Positions 20,758 to 31,320 of a stretch of 64,000 nt of DNA are shown piece after piece. The stretch is taken from NCBI GenBank assembly GCA_021295755.1, contig JAGWBT010000002.1, forward strand, positions 7,256-71,255, read 5' to 3'. Both the position numbers and the translations under genes were made by a program. The notes under the pieces are model-generated. The model did not search any database. It worked only from the letters and a program-made list of their open reading frames with translations, and was not told the DNA's origin. This stretch comes from Candidatus Poribacteria bacterium. GTDB lineage: Bacteria; Poribacteria; WGA-4E; PCPOR2b. Positions within the stretch are counted from its first letter, which is position 1, and every line of letters begins with the position of its first letter.

Positions 20758-22647
20758 ATGGAGAAACGTTATGTCTTAGCCCTTGTACTCATGGTTGCTG
20801 TCATGTTTGGTTGGAGTTGGTTTTATGGTCGAAAACTCCCCAAGCCTGAACAAACAACTGAGCAAGTGACTGAGCAATCGAGGGAAGCCTCACCCCTCTC
20901 ACCAGATTCATCGTCATTTTCTAGTGAATCCACAGTTGATACAGTCCAATCAGCGCAAGTAGATTCCCCATCGCGTCCCCGACAACCGGTTAGAGAGAGT
21001 CAAACGGTTCAAGTTGAAACTGGGAAATATCATATTATATTTTCGGTTGGACGATTCGCTTATGCACATGAATGGGCACTAAAAGAATATCCAGACAGAT
21101 CCGGTGTGGATCAATCATTGTTTAACCTGATTCCAGAAACAGCCCAAAACTGCTTGTCAGTCCACTTTTTTAATCAGAGCCTGACGGTTGATGCAATGGA
21201 CAGCTTCTGGGCAGCGGACAAAACGGAGCTAATTCTTACAGATCAAAATCCGCAAGACACCCTTACGTTTACCAAGCAGATTGGAGAACACCTCAGGGTC
21301 CTCAAGCAATTTACATTTTATCATGATGGGTATTACGTTGACCTTGAATTAACGTTCCAAAATTTATCGAATCAACCGTTAATTTCTCTTGATTCGATGA
21401 GCGATAACCGTAACGGATATAAACTTCGTTGGGGTCCTGGGATTAATGCGGATCTTCTTGCACATGAACGCAAAGATGGCAAACGTGGGAGACACCATTC
21501 CAAAAACGAGGGTGCCAGAGCCTTGAGCAGTGGGGCTAGCAAACCTGTTAAAGAACTTGATGATTCTCAAAATATGGATTCGGTCTTGTGGGCAGGCATG
21601 AATAATAAGTATTTTGCTGTGCTCATGATTCCAGATGGAGTGATTAACGCGACATACGAACTGGAAACTCTCTCAGACAACGGAGCAACGGCGCCGGCAG
21701 TTATTACCGCCCCATCTGAAGCTGCAAGCCTCATTGTTCCTGGGTTTTCATTAGATTCCAACAACAGCCGGGCAGATCAATTCCGCATTTATGTTGGTCC
21801 AAAGGAGTACAAAGTTCTCAAGGCAATCGTGCCACCGGGCACTCAGGAGGAAGACCTCCAACTCGCCGATATTATCGACTTCGGTTTCTTTTGGTATATT
21901 GCTTGGGTAATGCTTTGGCTTCTGAATTTCTTCTATGGTATCATCAAAAACTATGGAGTTGCCATTATTCTCCTGACCTTGTTAGTAAAAGTGGTTTCAT
22001 ACCCGCTGACCCGTAAGGGTTACAAGTCGATGCAGGCGATGCAGAAACTCCAACCCTTGCTTACGGAGATCCGTGAAAAGCATCGAGATGATCCGCAGAA
22101 ACTCAATAAGGCGACGATGCAATTATACAAAGAACACGGCGTGAATCCATTCGGTGGTTGTATCCCTTGGATTCCACAGATTCCGGTCTTCATTGCACTA
22201 TTTGCACTTCTCGGTAACGCAGTTGAATTACGAGGGGCACCTTTCTGTTTATGGATAGATGATCTTGCTGCCCCTGATGTCCTATTTACGCTTCCCTTTA
22301 CGATTCCATTCATTGGAAATGCATTTCGATTTCTACCGATTGTCAACGGTTTTACTACTTGGTTACAACAGAAAACGTCAGGCGGTATGGCACCTACGAC
22401 CGATAATGTACAAGCAAAGATTATGCAATTTATGCCTTTGATTTTTGTTTTTATCCTGTATAATTTTGCGTCGGGGTTGGCGCTCTATTGGCTATGTAAC
22501 AATATTTTTACCATCGGTCAACAATACTTACCCAAATTATGGCAGTCCGATGAAGCAGAGGAAGTCACCTCTGTTAATACCTCATCCAGAAAAAAACAAC
22601 CTCAATCCAAGAAACGACAGTTCCCAAACGCGAACCGTAAAACATGA
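20758..22647 (+). CDS. yidC: membrane protein insertase
   Basis: NYGVAIILLT, MQKLQP, GVNPFGGC, LWIDDL, GLALYW. Confidence 0.95.
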   Translation: MEKRYVLALVLMVAVMFGWSWFYGRKLPKPEQTTEQVTEQSREASPLSPDSSSFSSESTVDTVQSAQVDSPSRPRQPVRESQTVQVETGKYHIIFSVGRFAYAHEWALKEYPDRSGVDQSLFNLIPETAQNCLSVHFFNQSLTVDAMDSFWAADKTELILTDQNPQDTLTFTKQIGEHLRVLKQFTFYHDGYYVDLELTFQNLSNQPLISLDSMSDNRNGYKLRWGPGINADLLAHERKDGKRGRHHSKNEGARALSSGASKPVKELDDSQNMDSVLWAGMNNKYFAVLMIPDGVINATYELETLSDNGATAPAVITAPSEAASLIVPGFSLDSNNSRADQFRIYVGPKEYKVLKAIVPPGTQEEDLQLADIIDFGFFWYIAWVMLWLLNFFYGIIKNYGVAIILLTLLVKVVSYPLTRKGYKSMQAMQKLQPLLTEIREKHRDDPQKLNKATMQLYKEHGVNPFGGCIPWIPQIPVFIALFALLGNAVELRGAPFCLWIDDLAAPDVLFTLPFTIPFIGNAFRFLPIVNGFTTWLQQKTSGGMAPTTDNVQAKIMQFMPLIFVFILYNFASGLALYWLCNNIFTIGQQYLPKLWQSDEAEEVTSVNTSSRKKQPQSKKRQFPNANRKT

Positions 22648-22731
22648 GATGCGGAACGCGCATCATCGATTCCAATAACACCATTCAAATAACTATAGAT
22701 ATTATGCGGTTATTCGGGAGGACACTGAATC

Positions 22732-23382
22732 GTGCACCAATATATTGAAGTTGAAGAAGATACGACAGAAGAAGCGTTGGAGGTTGCCCTTAAAGAGCTT
22801 GGTGTTAATCGTGAACAGGTTAGTGTGAAGGTTATACATGAACCCACAAAAGGCATCCTTGGCTTAGGGGCAAAACTTGCTAAAATCCGTGTAACGTTAA
22901 AAGAGGATATTTCTTCGACGCCAGAGGTGGTGCTTCATGAAATTCTAAGTCATATGGGGCTTGAGGCGGAGATTGAATCTCAAATCATCAATGGAAGTGT
23001 ACATCTTACGGTGAGTTCTGATAACCCCGGCATACTAATCGGCAAACATGGTCAGACGCTAAACGCTGTCGAATATTTGTTGAATTGTATATTAAATAGA
23101 TCATCTCTTGTGAAGAAAAAAGTCTTCGTTGATGCGGAGGGATACCGTGAACGCCGTGAGCAGATGCTGATAGATCTGGCTTATCGTGCTGCTGCAAAGG
23201 TCAAGCAGACCCATCAAGAAATCGTCCTAGACCCGATGCCGCCTCGTGACCGCCGAATTATTCACGTCACCTTACAATCAGATGAGGATATTCGCACGTA
23301 CAGCCGGGGTGAGGGGATGATGCGGCGCGTTGCTGTCACCACACGCGAAAGGTATGAGTCAAACTCAAAGCAGTATGATTGA
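22732..23382 (+). CDS. jag: Jag/EloR RNA-binding protein (Jag_N, KH, R3H)
   Basis: KGILGLG, LIGKHGQTL, RRIIH. Confidence 0.93.
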   Translation: MHQYIEVEEDTTEEALEVALKELGVNREQVSVKVIHEPTKGILGLGAKLAKIRVTLKEDISSTPEVVLHEILSHMGLEAEIESQIINGSVHLTVSSDNPGILIGKHGQTLNAVEYLLNCILNRSSLVKKKVFVDAEGYRERREQMLIDLAYRAAAKVKQTHQEIVLDPMPPRDRRIIHVTLQSDEDIRTYSRGEGMMRRVAVTTRERYESNSKQYD

Positions 23383-24760
23383 ATGGGATACAATTGCAGC
23401 CATTGCGACACCGCGGGGCGAAGGTGGTGTCGGTATTGTCCGAGTGAGTGGTAGTCTTGCTATTCCCATTGCCTGCCAGATTTTTCGTTCGTCTCGTCGC
23501 GTTTCCGCGGCTGAGTTGCCGAGCCACACACTGAACTACGGGCATGTTGTCCAACCATTATCAGGAGAAGTTATTGATGAAGTAGTGCTCGGTATCATGC
23601 GGGCTCCAAAATCGTATACGGCAGAGGATGTAGTTGAATTTAACTGCCATGGCGGTATTGTCCCCCTCAGAGGTGTGCTTGAGCTAACGGTGAAAGCCGG
23701 AGCGCGTCTCGCGGCACCGGGTGAATTTACCAAACGCGCTTTTCTCAATGGTCGGCTAGATCTAGCGCAGGCAGAAGCGGTCATAGATCTCATTCGCTCA
23801 AAGACTGACCTCACCCGTCGAATTGCGATAGATCAGTTGTCCGGCAAGTTGTCTCAAACGATTAACGCACTCAACGATCGGCTTGCGAATCTGCTTGCAG
23901 AAGTCGAAGCATCTATCGATTTTCCTGAAGAAGAGCTCGATTTCATGGGTTTAACGGTAATGAGGCAGACTGCTCAAGACATCCTCGATGACTTAGACCG
24001 GTTAATTGCGACCGCATCGGAGGGCAAACTCCTGCGGGAAGGTGTGAACATCGCAATACTCGGACGACCGAACGTTGGAAAATCGAGTTTACTAAATGCT
24101 TTGTTACAGGAAGATCGAGCGATAGTTACAGAAATACCGGGGACGACACGCGATACAATTGAAGCGCCACTGAATCTTGGTGGGATTCCACTCAATTTAA
24201 TAGACACCGCTGGGATACATCAAACCACAGATGTTGTTGAGCAGCAAGGGGTAATGCGGAGCAAAGCCTATCTTGACCGAGCCGACTTGCTTTTGATCAT
24301 GTTTGATTCGTCTCGGGCCTTAACTGAGGAAGATCGAGAGTTACTCCGTGCGGCGAAAGTCCGTAAATCAATCCTGATTCTAAACAAAATCGATCTACCT
24401 ATCGTTACAACTCCCGTAGACCTACACGCCGATGCGGCTCAGAAGCCGGTGGTCCAGATCTCTCTTCTCAATGGCAAAGGGGTTGAAGAGTTGAAATCGG
24501 CAGTTCATCAAGAACTCCTTGAAGGAGATGCGGTATGGGGTGATTCTCCGATTGTTACCAATGTCCGTCACCATGATGCGCTGCGTCGCGGAAGACTTGC
24601 GCTTGGACACGCAATAGAGAGCGTTGCCCAACATATGCCTCCAGACCTTGTAGCGGTCGATCTGCACAGCAGTTTAGATTGTCTCGGTGAAATTGTTGGC
24701 AAAACAACGACGGAAGATATTCTGGGTAGAATTTTTTCCCAATTCTGTGTTGGAAAGTAA
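23375..24760 (+). CDS. mnmE: tRNA modification GTPase
   Basis: DTIAAIATP, GRPNVGKSS, GTTRD, DTAG, NKID, C-terminal FCVGK. Confidence 0.97.
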   Translation: MIEWDTIAAIATPRGEGGVGIVRVSGSLAIPIACQIFRSSRRVSAAELPSHTLNYGHVVQPLSGEVIDEVVLGIMRAPKSYTAEDVVEFNCHGGIVPLRGVLELTVKAGARLAAPGEFTKRAFLNGRLDLAQAEAVIDLIRSKTDLTRRIAIDQLSGKLSQTINALNDRLANLLAEVEASIDFPEEELDFMGLTVMRQTAQDILDDLDRLIATASEGKLLREGVNIAILGRPNVGKSSLLNALLQEDRAIVTEIPGTTRDTIEAPLNLGGIPLNLIDTAGIHQTTDVVEQQGVMRSKAYLDRADLLLIMFDSSRALTEEDRELLRAAKVRKSILILNKIDLPIVTTPVDLHADAAQKPVVQISLLNGKGVEELKSAVHQELLEGDAVWGDSPIVTNVRHHDALRRGRLALGHAIESVAQHMPPDLVAVDLHSSLDCLGEIVGKTTTEDILGRIFSQFCVGK

Positions 24761-24812
24761 AATGAAGCGGTAGAAAATCAACATATTAAGAATAGTGAAG
24801 GAGGGATATGAA

Positions 24813-25028
24813 ATGTTGACACAGCAACAGCAGTGGTGTCCTCGCTGCAAACGCTATGTTGAGACGGAACAGAAGCAGAATAAATTGGGTAGGCGCGGCA
24901 ATCTAGTGCAACTTGTCACAACCTGCCAAAAGTGTCGAATAACACTGACTAGCAAAACAGTTAGTGCTGCAACTCTTGAACAGACGCAAATAGAATCTGC
25001 TGCTAGCCAGTCGACCTCTGAAGAATAA
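24813..25028 (+). CDS. small zinc-ribbon protein
   Basis: CPRC...CQKC; strong RBS AAGGAGG. Confidence 0.6.
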   Translation: MLTQQQQWCPRCKRYVETEQKQNKLGRRGNLVQLVTTCQKCRITLTSKTVSAATLEQTQIESAASQSTSEE

Positions 25029-25147
25029 TTAGCAACTAATTTGCAATGCAAGTCACACTTTTTGGGTCTCCATTCGTTTAAGATAGTAATAGACTTTACT
25101 TGGATTTTTTATTTTTATCCCTAAATTCCTTACAAAGGAGAAAAACG

Positions 25148-26032
25148 ATGTTAAGTTTTGTTTGGAAACACAGACAGTCTATCGTGCTTGTCACTCTGCT
25201 ATTGGTTGTTTGTGCAAGTCCGATGGCACTGGCAAAGGAGAAGATTCAGTGGGTGGAATCAGTCGAGAAAGGATTTGCAGAAGCCAAAAAAACGGGCAAA
25301 CCAATCATGATGGATTTCTACACCGAATGGTGAGGCTTTTGTAAGCGGCTGGATGCCGAAACATTTACGGATGAAAAAGTTGTTGCTCTATCGAAAAACT
25401 TTGTCAACCTCAAGGTCAATCCTGAAGATACAGACCATCCCGAAAACGAGGAGGTCCGTATCAAATACGGTGTCAGTGGATATCCAACGGTTGCATTTGT
25501 CAATTCCGAGGGAGAATTAATTGGTCTCAATCCTGGCTATAGCCCTCCAGAGGAATTTTTCGGAGTGATGGAAGGCATCTTCAAAGAGGAGGAGGCATTT
25601 AAGGCGTTGAAGGTGGCGGTTCAGAAGAATCCGGGTGACGTAAAGGCTAACGCTGGACTCGCGCTAATTTACATCAAGCGCGGCGAATTTGAGCTGGGAA
25701 AACCGCTATTTGATAAGGTTACAAAACAGGATCCAAGAAATGCAACGGGGCTTTTACCGGAGTTGTATGTGAATTTTGGGCTCCATTATGGGAATAGCGC
25801 TGCTGGCGACAATGCGCAGGACTATTTCCAGAAGGCGGAAGCGTTTTTCCAGAAGGTCATTGACACCTATCCCGACAGCAAGTTTTACGAGGATGCACAA
25901 TATTACTTGGGGATTACCTACGCAATTCAAGAAAAATCCGAATTGGCAATTGCAACGCTTGAGAAGTTGACTGATGCTAAAAATGAAGAAATTCGTGAAC
26001 AGACGGCAATACTTCTAAAGCGTCTCAAATAG
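25148..26032 (+). CDS. secreted thioredoxin-fold plus TPR protein with in-frame UGA (probable selenocysteine, UxxC), 294 aa
   Basis: RBS AAGGAG and a signal peptide; KPIMMDFYTEW-TGA(25331)-GFCKRL continues in frame through GYPT into ORF 25565-26032 (TPR-like helices). Confidence 0.8.
25340..25363 (+). promoter_or_regulatory. bacterial SECIS-like hairpin
   Basis: TGT-AAG-CGGC-TGGAT-GCCG-AA-ACA; the loop starts 17 nt after the UGA with G at loop position 2. Confidence 0.55.
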
Positions 26033-26085
26033 AATGTCTCAAAAGTTCGATGGAGTAGTCTGTTGCCAACTTGAATATATTCACG

Positions 26086-26128
26086 AAACAAGCCCATTAC
26101 CAATGAATTGGTGTGGGCTTGTTTTGTT
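26086..26128 (+). terminator. intrinsic terminator
   Basis: AAACAAGCCCA...TGGGCTTGTTT stem followed by a T-rich tail. Confidence 0.65.
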
Positions 26129-26289
26129 CTCGCTGGGTAATGATACGCTCGCGATTGTATTGTAGACGTTAGTACAATCGCCGCTTGTCAACCCAACCTG
26201 CTTCGTGCTATAATACCGCCCAATCCGATGTTTTGATAGCAGAGATTTAACAGGCTACCGCAACTCCCTATTTTCAGGTACAGTCAACA

Positions 26290-27801
26290 ATGAACACTTC
26301 TACCAAGCTCTGGGGCGGTCGATTTCGCTCCGATCTGTCAACTGAAACCGAAGACTTCACACAATCCATTGAGGTTGATTCCCGCTTGATCGCACATGAC
26401 ATCTGGGGAAGTCAAGTCCACGCGATCATGTTGGCGCGGCAGGGTATCATCTCCGATGAGGATCTTCGGCAGATCTTGCACTGGCTGGGCAAAGCGGAAT
26501 CGGATTTTCGTGATGGGAAGTTTGTCCTCAAACCCGAAAAGGAAGATGTCCACATGAATGTGGAGTCCTACCTTATCGAAGGTGCCGGAAGTGAGTATGG
26601 TGGAAAGCTGCACACTGCGCGGTCTCGAAACGATCAGGTGCTCGTCGATGCGCATCTCTACATCCGCGAACAGCTTCTCGACACACAGAAGGGCGTATCG
26701 CGCTTGTGCCGTGCGTTTCTCTCTATCGCGCAGGAGCACACCGAAACAGTAATGCCGGGCTACACGCACACACAACACGCACAGCCAATCAGCCTTGGGT
26801 TTTGGGCGACAGCCTACGTCAGCATGTTCCTCCGTGATCAGAAGCGATTGAACGCTGCTTACGAACTTGCCAATCTCAATCCACTCGGTGCTTGTGCGCT
26901 TGCGGGGACCTCTTTCCCAATCGATCGAAAATTGACGACCGAGTTACTCGGTTTTGATAGGACGCATGAACATGCGTTGGATGTAATTAGCTCCCGCGAT
27001 TTTATCGCTGAACCGCTTTTTGCGCTGACGCTGCTGATGACCACCCTCTCAAGGCTCGGTGAGGAGATTGTTTACTGGACAACTTATGAATTTAACATCG
27101 CAACGCTTGATGATGCGTATGCGACGGGCAGCTCGATCATGCCCCAGAAAAAGAACGCGGACATCGCGGAATTGACACGTGGACGGACGGGGAAGGTTTA
27201 TGCAGCGCTTATGGATCTCTTGACGAATCTCAAAGGGCTGCCTACAGGATATAACCGCGATCTTCAAGAGGACAAACCGCCACTGTGGGGTGCGTTTGAT
27301 GTGGTTCAATCCTGTTTGGGGATTCTGCCCGGTCTTCTCAAAACACTTAACTTTAACGCGGACCGGTTGGAACTGCTCGCCAATGCGAACTTTGCAACGG
27401 CAACAGAATTAGCCAATTTCCTCGTTAGTGAACGGGGATTGCCATTCCGCAAATGTCATGAGATAGTTGGGAACATTGTAGGAGGCTTGGCGAAGCAGAG
27501 GAAAACCTTTGGAGCTTGGAAGGAAACGCAAGAACTGTTGCATGCCGAAGGTATTGACCTAGCTATCCCACAACTCCAACGCATTCTTAATCCGAAACTT
27601 TCTCTCCACAATAACCAGAGCCGTGGTGGTACATCGCCTACGGAGGTGAAACGAATGGCGGGTGAGTTTGAGGCAAAGCTAGACGAAATCGACAACCAGA
27701 TCCATTCGCGGCAGGAGCAGATTAATGCCGCTTACCAGAAAACGCTTCGGATAACCGAACAGGTACTAAACGGTAAAACGATTGCAGAGATTCGTTTTTA
27801 G
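26290..27801 (+). CDS. argH: argininosuccinate lyase
   Basis: KLWGGRF, LHTARSRNDQV, MPGYTH, GSSIMPQKKN, YNRDLQEDK. Confidence 0.96.
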   Translation: MNTSTKLWGGRFRSDLSTETEDFTQSIEVDSRLIAHDIWGSQVHAIMLARQGIISDEDLRQILHWLGKAESDFRDGKFVLKPEKEDVHMNVESYLIEGAGSEYGGKLHTARSRNDQVLVDAHLYIREQLLDTQKGVSRLCRAFLSIAQEHTETVMPGYTHTQHAQPISLGFWATAYVSMFLRDQKRLNAAYELANLNPLGACALAGTSFPIDRKLTTELLGFDRTHEHALDVISSRDFIAEPLFALTLLMTTLSRLGEEIVYWTTYEFNIATLDDAYATGSSIMPQKKNADIAELTRGRTGKVYAALMDLLTNLKGLPTGYNRDLQEDKPPLWGAFDVVQSCLGILPGLLKTLNFNADRLELLANANFATATELANFLVSERGLPFRKCHEIVGNIVGGLAKQRKTFGAWKETQELLHAEGIDLAIPQLQRILNPKLSLHNNQSRGGTSPTEVKRMAGEFEAKLDEIDNQIHSRQEQINAAYQKTLRITEQVLNGKTIAEIRF

Positions 27802-27816
27802 TTAAGGAAGGGAAAA

Positions 27817-29346
27817 ATGAGGATTGGTATCGCGAGTCTCTGGCACGAGACTAACACCTTTGCTGTAGAGCAGAACGATAGTATGGACACTGTTCATATC
27901 CAACGCGGAGAGTCGCTTAGGCGCGCACAACCTATGAATTTTATCGGTGGCTTTGTGGAAGGTGCCAAGCGACGCGATGTAGAATTGGTTCCGACCGTCG
28001 GAATTGGCTTTGCGCACGGCGGCATTATCCATGCCGAAGTTTACGAACGGTGTCGTGATATGATTGTGACAGGCCTGCAGGAGGCGCAACCGTTAGATGG
28101 CGTCTACTTTGCACTTCATGGAGCGATGGTCGCCGAGACGCCCTATACCGATGCCGAAGGCGAATTGGTGCAGGAAGCGCGCCGGGTCCTAGGGAATATC
28201 CCTATGGTCGGCACTTACGACTTTCACACTATCATGAGCGATCAAGAGGCTGAAGCACTAGTTCCGTTTCCCAATAACACCAATCCCCATATCGATGGTT
28301 ACGAGCGGGGAGTGGAGGCGGCAGAATGTCTCCTACAAATGTTAGACGGAAAAATCAATCCGGTTACCCATCGGGTGTTTGTGCCGATCATCGGTCCCAA
28401 TATCGGTCAGAGCACTTGGTCACACCTGCCGCAAGAGGAACAGGGACTGCTGCTCTATCAGTTGAACGAAAAGCGCGCGGAGATGGAGAAGACTCCCAAG
28501 GTTATCAATATCACCATTCTCGGCGGCTATGGGTATGGTGATTCCCCGGATGCCGGTATGTCAATCATAGCGACGACTGACGGCGAACCTGAACTCGCCA
28601 AGCGGTTGGCTCAAGAGTTGGCAGAGGATCTGTGGGAGCAACGCAAGCAACTGAAAACGGTGCGACCGGTACAGTCCATTGACGAAGGGGTGAAAATGGC
28701 GATGGTTGACTCGCAAAAACCGATTCTCTTGGTTGATCTAGGTGACGACCCCGGCAGCGCCTGTCCTGCCGATAGTCCGGCGGTGCTCGAAAGTCTCCTC
28801 CGCTGTGGAGCACAGGATTGCGCGCTCACTATCCGTGATGCGGAGGTGGTGCGCTCAGGTATAGCAGCCGGAGTGGGCGCAGAACTCAACATCAGGGTGG
28901 GAGGCAAGATAGATCAACGCTTCTACCAACCGCTGGAAATAACGGCTCAGGTCAAATCCATTGACGATGGCAGATACATGATCTGCGGTCCCACCCATGG
29001 TGGTTGGGGGCGTGAAGTCAACGAGGAAACATTTCGTGAAGCGAATGTCGGTAAGCGGGTTGTGCTGCGCACCGGGAATAAAATCGACGTTATCTTTTCT
29101 CAACGGGGGACCGGCAAAGACCGAGATTTTTTTAAGAGTGCCGGTATCCTATTGGAAGAGAAACAGATCCTTGTTGTCAAATCCAATCAAGCACATCGTG
29201 CCTCCTTTGATCCGGTCGTCGCTGGTACGATTGAACTAAACACCCCGGGTGTCAGTACCGTGAACTACGCCAGTCTTCCTTATCGTTATCTGCGCCGTCC
29301 GATCTGGCCTATTGATGAGAAGATGCACTGGACATCGTCTGCATAG
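27817..29346 (+). CDS. M81 family metallopeptidase (MlrC-like)
   Basis: HETNTF, ALHGAM, DAEGE, DFH, NPHID, DDPG, VVKS. Confidence 0.88.
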   Translation: MRIGIASLWHETNTFAVEQNDSMDTVHIQRGESLRRAQPMNFIGGFVEGAKRRDVELVPTVGIGFAHGGIIHAEVYERCRDMIVTGLQEAQPLDGVYFALHGAMVAETPYTDAEGELVQEARRVLGNIPMVGTYDFHTIMSDQEAEALVPFPNNTNPHIDGYERGVEAAECLLQMLDGKINPVTHRVFVPIIGPNIGQSTWSHLPQEEQGLLLYQLNEKRAEMEKTPKVINITILGGYGYGDSPDAGMSIIATTDGEPELAKRLAQELAEDLWEQRKQLKTVRPVQSIDEGVKMAMVDSQKPILLVDLGDDPGSACPADSPAVLESLLRCGAQDCALTIRDAEVVRSGIAAGVGAELNIRVGGKIDQRFYQPLEITAQVKSIDDGRYMICGPTHGGWGREVNEETFREANVGKRVVLRTGNKIDVIFSQRGTGKDRDFFKSAGILLEEKQILVVKSNQAHRASFDPVVAGTIELNTPGVSTVNYASLPYRYLRRPIWPIDEKMHWTSSA

Positions 29347-29513
29347 TATCTACGGAGAATTTGCTAACATTTAATAGTTCTATTTGCTGTGTTAAGAAAA
29401 TATTCTAGAATTTATGTTTTGTAATGTTAATTTTCAGTTTCGATACTGATGGTAACAGGATAGTTGCCGTATGGAATGAGAAACTTTCTAGTCAGAACAA
29501 CAGGAGATTGCTG

Positions 29514-30341
29514 ATGGAACAGCAACTACGAGATAAATATCAACTCACCCTTGATCAGCGGCACTTCTTTGGCACACAAGGCTATCTCAAAGTCGAAGGA
29601 TTGTTGAGTGCAGAAGATCTTCGCGAGCTTGATCGCCATTCGATGGATATGGCGCTGGGGAAGGTTGACTTCAGCCAACTGGAAGGGGTTACACCGAGAA
29701 GTGAGGGTAACACCCCCGCGGAGATGGAGGACAAGTTTTTCCGCTTCATCCAATTCCACCGTCATCTGGAGATCCATGAGCGGTTTCTGTTACACCTCCG
29801 CATCCTCGATGTGTTGGAAACCTTGATTGGGCCCGATGTAATGGCAATGCAGTCAATGCTTTTCCTTAAGCCACCGAAGAAATCCGGTCAGGCTTATCAT
29901 CAGGATTCCTTTTACATCAAAACTGCCCCGGACACGCTGTGCGGAGCTTGGATAGCCATTGATGATTGTGATGAGGAAAACGGCTGCATGTATGTTGTTC
30001 CCGGCTCCCACTTGCACCCAATCTATGAAGAGGTAGCACTACCGGACAATACCGAGGATTTTCAGGAAAGGTTGACCGAAATTGTAGGTGTGAAAGAAAA
30101 TAGCGAGGTAGCGGCAACTGCTAATGCTGGAGATGTTATCTTTTTCCACGGTCACCTCATCCACAGATCTAAGCAGAACCGGTCAAACAACCGATTTCGG
30201 CGATCGTACGTCTGCCACTATGCCAACGCCCGATCTTATACCGAATGGGGCGAAGGCAATCACAATCATATTCTTGCGCGTGGGACGACACATATGCCGT
30301 TTGCGACGTCTCGATTTGTTACGCATGACCCGCTTGGTTAG
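29514..30341 (+). CDS. phytanoyl-CoA dioxygenase (PhyH) family protein
   Basis: HQD, WIAIDD, NGCMYVVPGSH, distal H..S..N, R. Confidence 0.9.
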   Translation: MEQQLRDKYQLTLDQRHFFGTQGYLKVEGLLSAEDLRELDRHSMDMALGKVDFSQLEGVTPRSEGNTPAEMEDKFFRFIQFHRHLEIHERFLLHLRILDVLETLIGPDVMAMQSMLFLKPPKKSGQAYHQDSFYIKTAPDTLCGAWIAIDDCDEENGCMYVVPGSHLHPIYEEVALPDNTEDFQERLTEIVGVKENSEVAATANAGDVIFFHGHLIHRSKQNRSNNRFRRSYVCHYANARSYTEWGEGNHNHILARGTTHMPFATSRFVTHDPLG

Positions 30342-30403
30342 AGTTCCAATTCAGTTTTTAGGTATATCAGTTAAGTTGTGTCGAAACTTGGAAAGGAGTT
30401 CAC

Positions 30404-31255
30404 ATGAAAAATCAAGATTTCAAACTGACGGATCAGCAAATCAATTTTTTTCAGACCTTTGGTTATCTAAGTTTTCCCGGACTTCTAGCAGACCGTAGCG
30501 AGGAAATCGTTGATGCGTTTGAGGCGGTTTGGGGGGAACGTGGAGGCGGTCATAACGGAAAACCTCACGAGGGGACAGCACGCTCCTGTATTGTTCCGTT
30601 CATTGATCAGAGCGAATACTTATCTTCTCTGTTGGACGACCCCCGTATATTGGGGATAACGACCACTCTTCTCGGCGACGATTTCAACTATATGGGTAGC
30701 GATGGAAACTACTACGTCGGCGATACACGCTGGCATTCCGATGGGGGACACAAACCGGAGGATCCTACCCACCTCAAAATTGCATTTTACCTTGACCATT
30801 TAAACCGCGACACCGGTGCGCTGCGAGTTATTCCAGGCAGCCATCTCTTTGGGGATGGTTACGCAGATCGGCTTCAGGAAGAGATTCGGGAGAGTGAGAC
30901 AGACTGGGGTGTTCATGGCAGGGACGTACCAGCAATCGCATTCGAGACACAGCCGGGGGATGTGGTTTGTTTCAATCACAATACCAAGCATGCTGCGTTT
31001 GGCGGTGGTACACGCCGACGGATGTTTACCATGAATCTCTGTGAACGTTACCCTGAAGACCGTTTGGAGGATCTACGCACCTACATTGGTAACTCAGCGC
31101 GGTTCTGGATTGACCGCAAATATGGTCCGAAGATGGTAGGTACTGCGGGACCAGAACGGTTGGTGCACCTAGAACAGGTGATGGCTAACGATGGGCATCT
31201 CGCTGAACTTTCTCGTAAAGCGCAGGAAACAATGAGCGAACCTTCGCGTGGGTAA
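30404..31255 (+). CDS. phytanoyl-CoA dioxygenase (PhyH) family protein
   Basis: WHSD, GALRVIPGSH, PGDVVCFNHNTKH. Confidence 0.88.
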   Translation: MKNQDFKLTDQQINFFQTFGYLSFPGLLADRSEEIVDAFEAVWGERGGGHNGKPHEGTARSCIVPFIDQSEYLSSLLDDPRILGITTTLLGDDFNYMGSDGNYYVGDTRWHSDGGHKPEDPTHLKIAFYLDHLNRDTGALRVIPGSHLFGDGYADRLQEEIRESETDWGVHGRDVPAIAFETQPGDVVCFNHNTKHAAFGGGTRRRMFTMNLCERYPEDRLEDLRTYIGNSARFWIDRKYGPKMVGTAGPERLVHLEQVMANDGHLAELSRKAQETMSEPSRG

Positions 31256-31320
31256 TTTTTTCTATTGTAGCTTGTTTATTCTCTCATTTCACACAACTAC
31301 GATTTGTGTTCACGGGTTGG

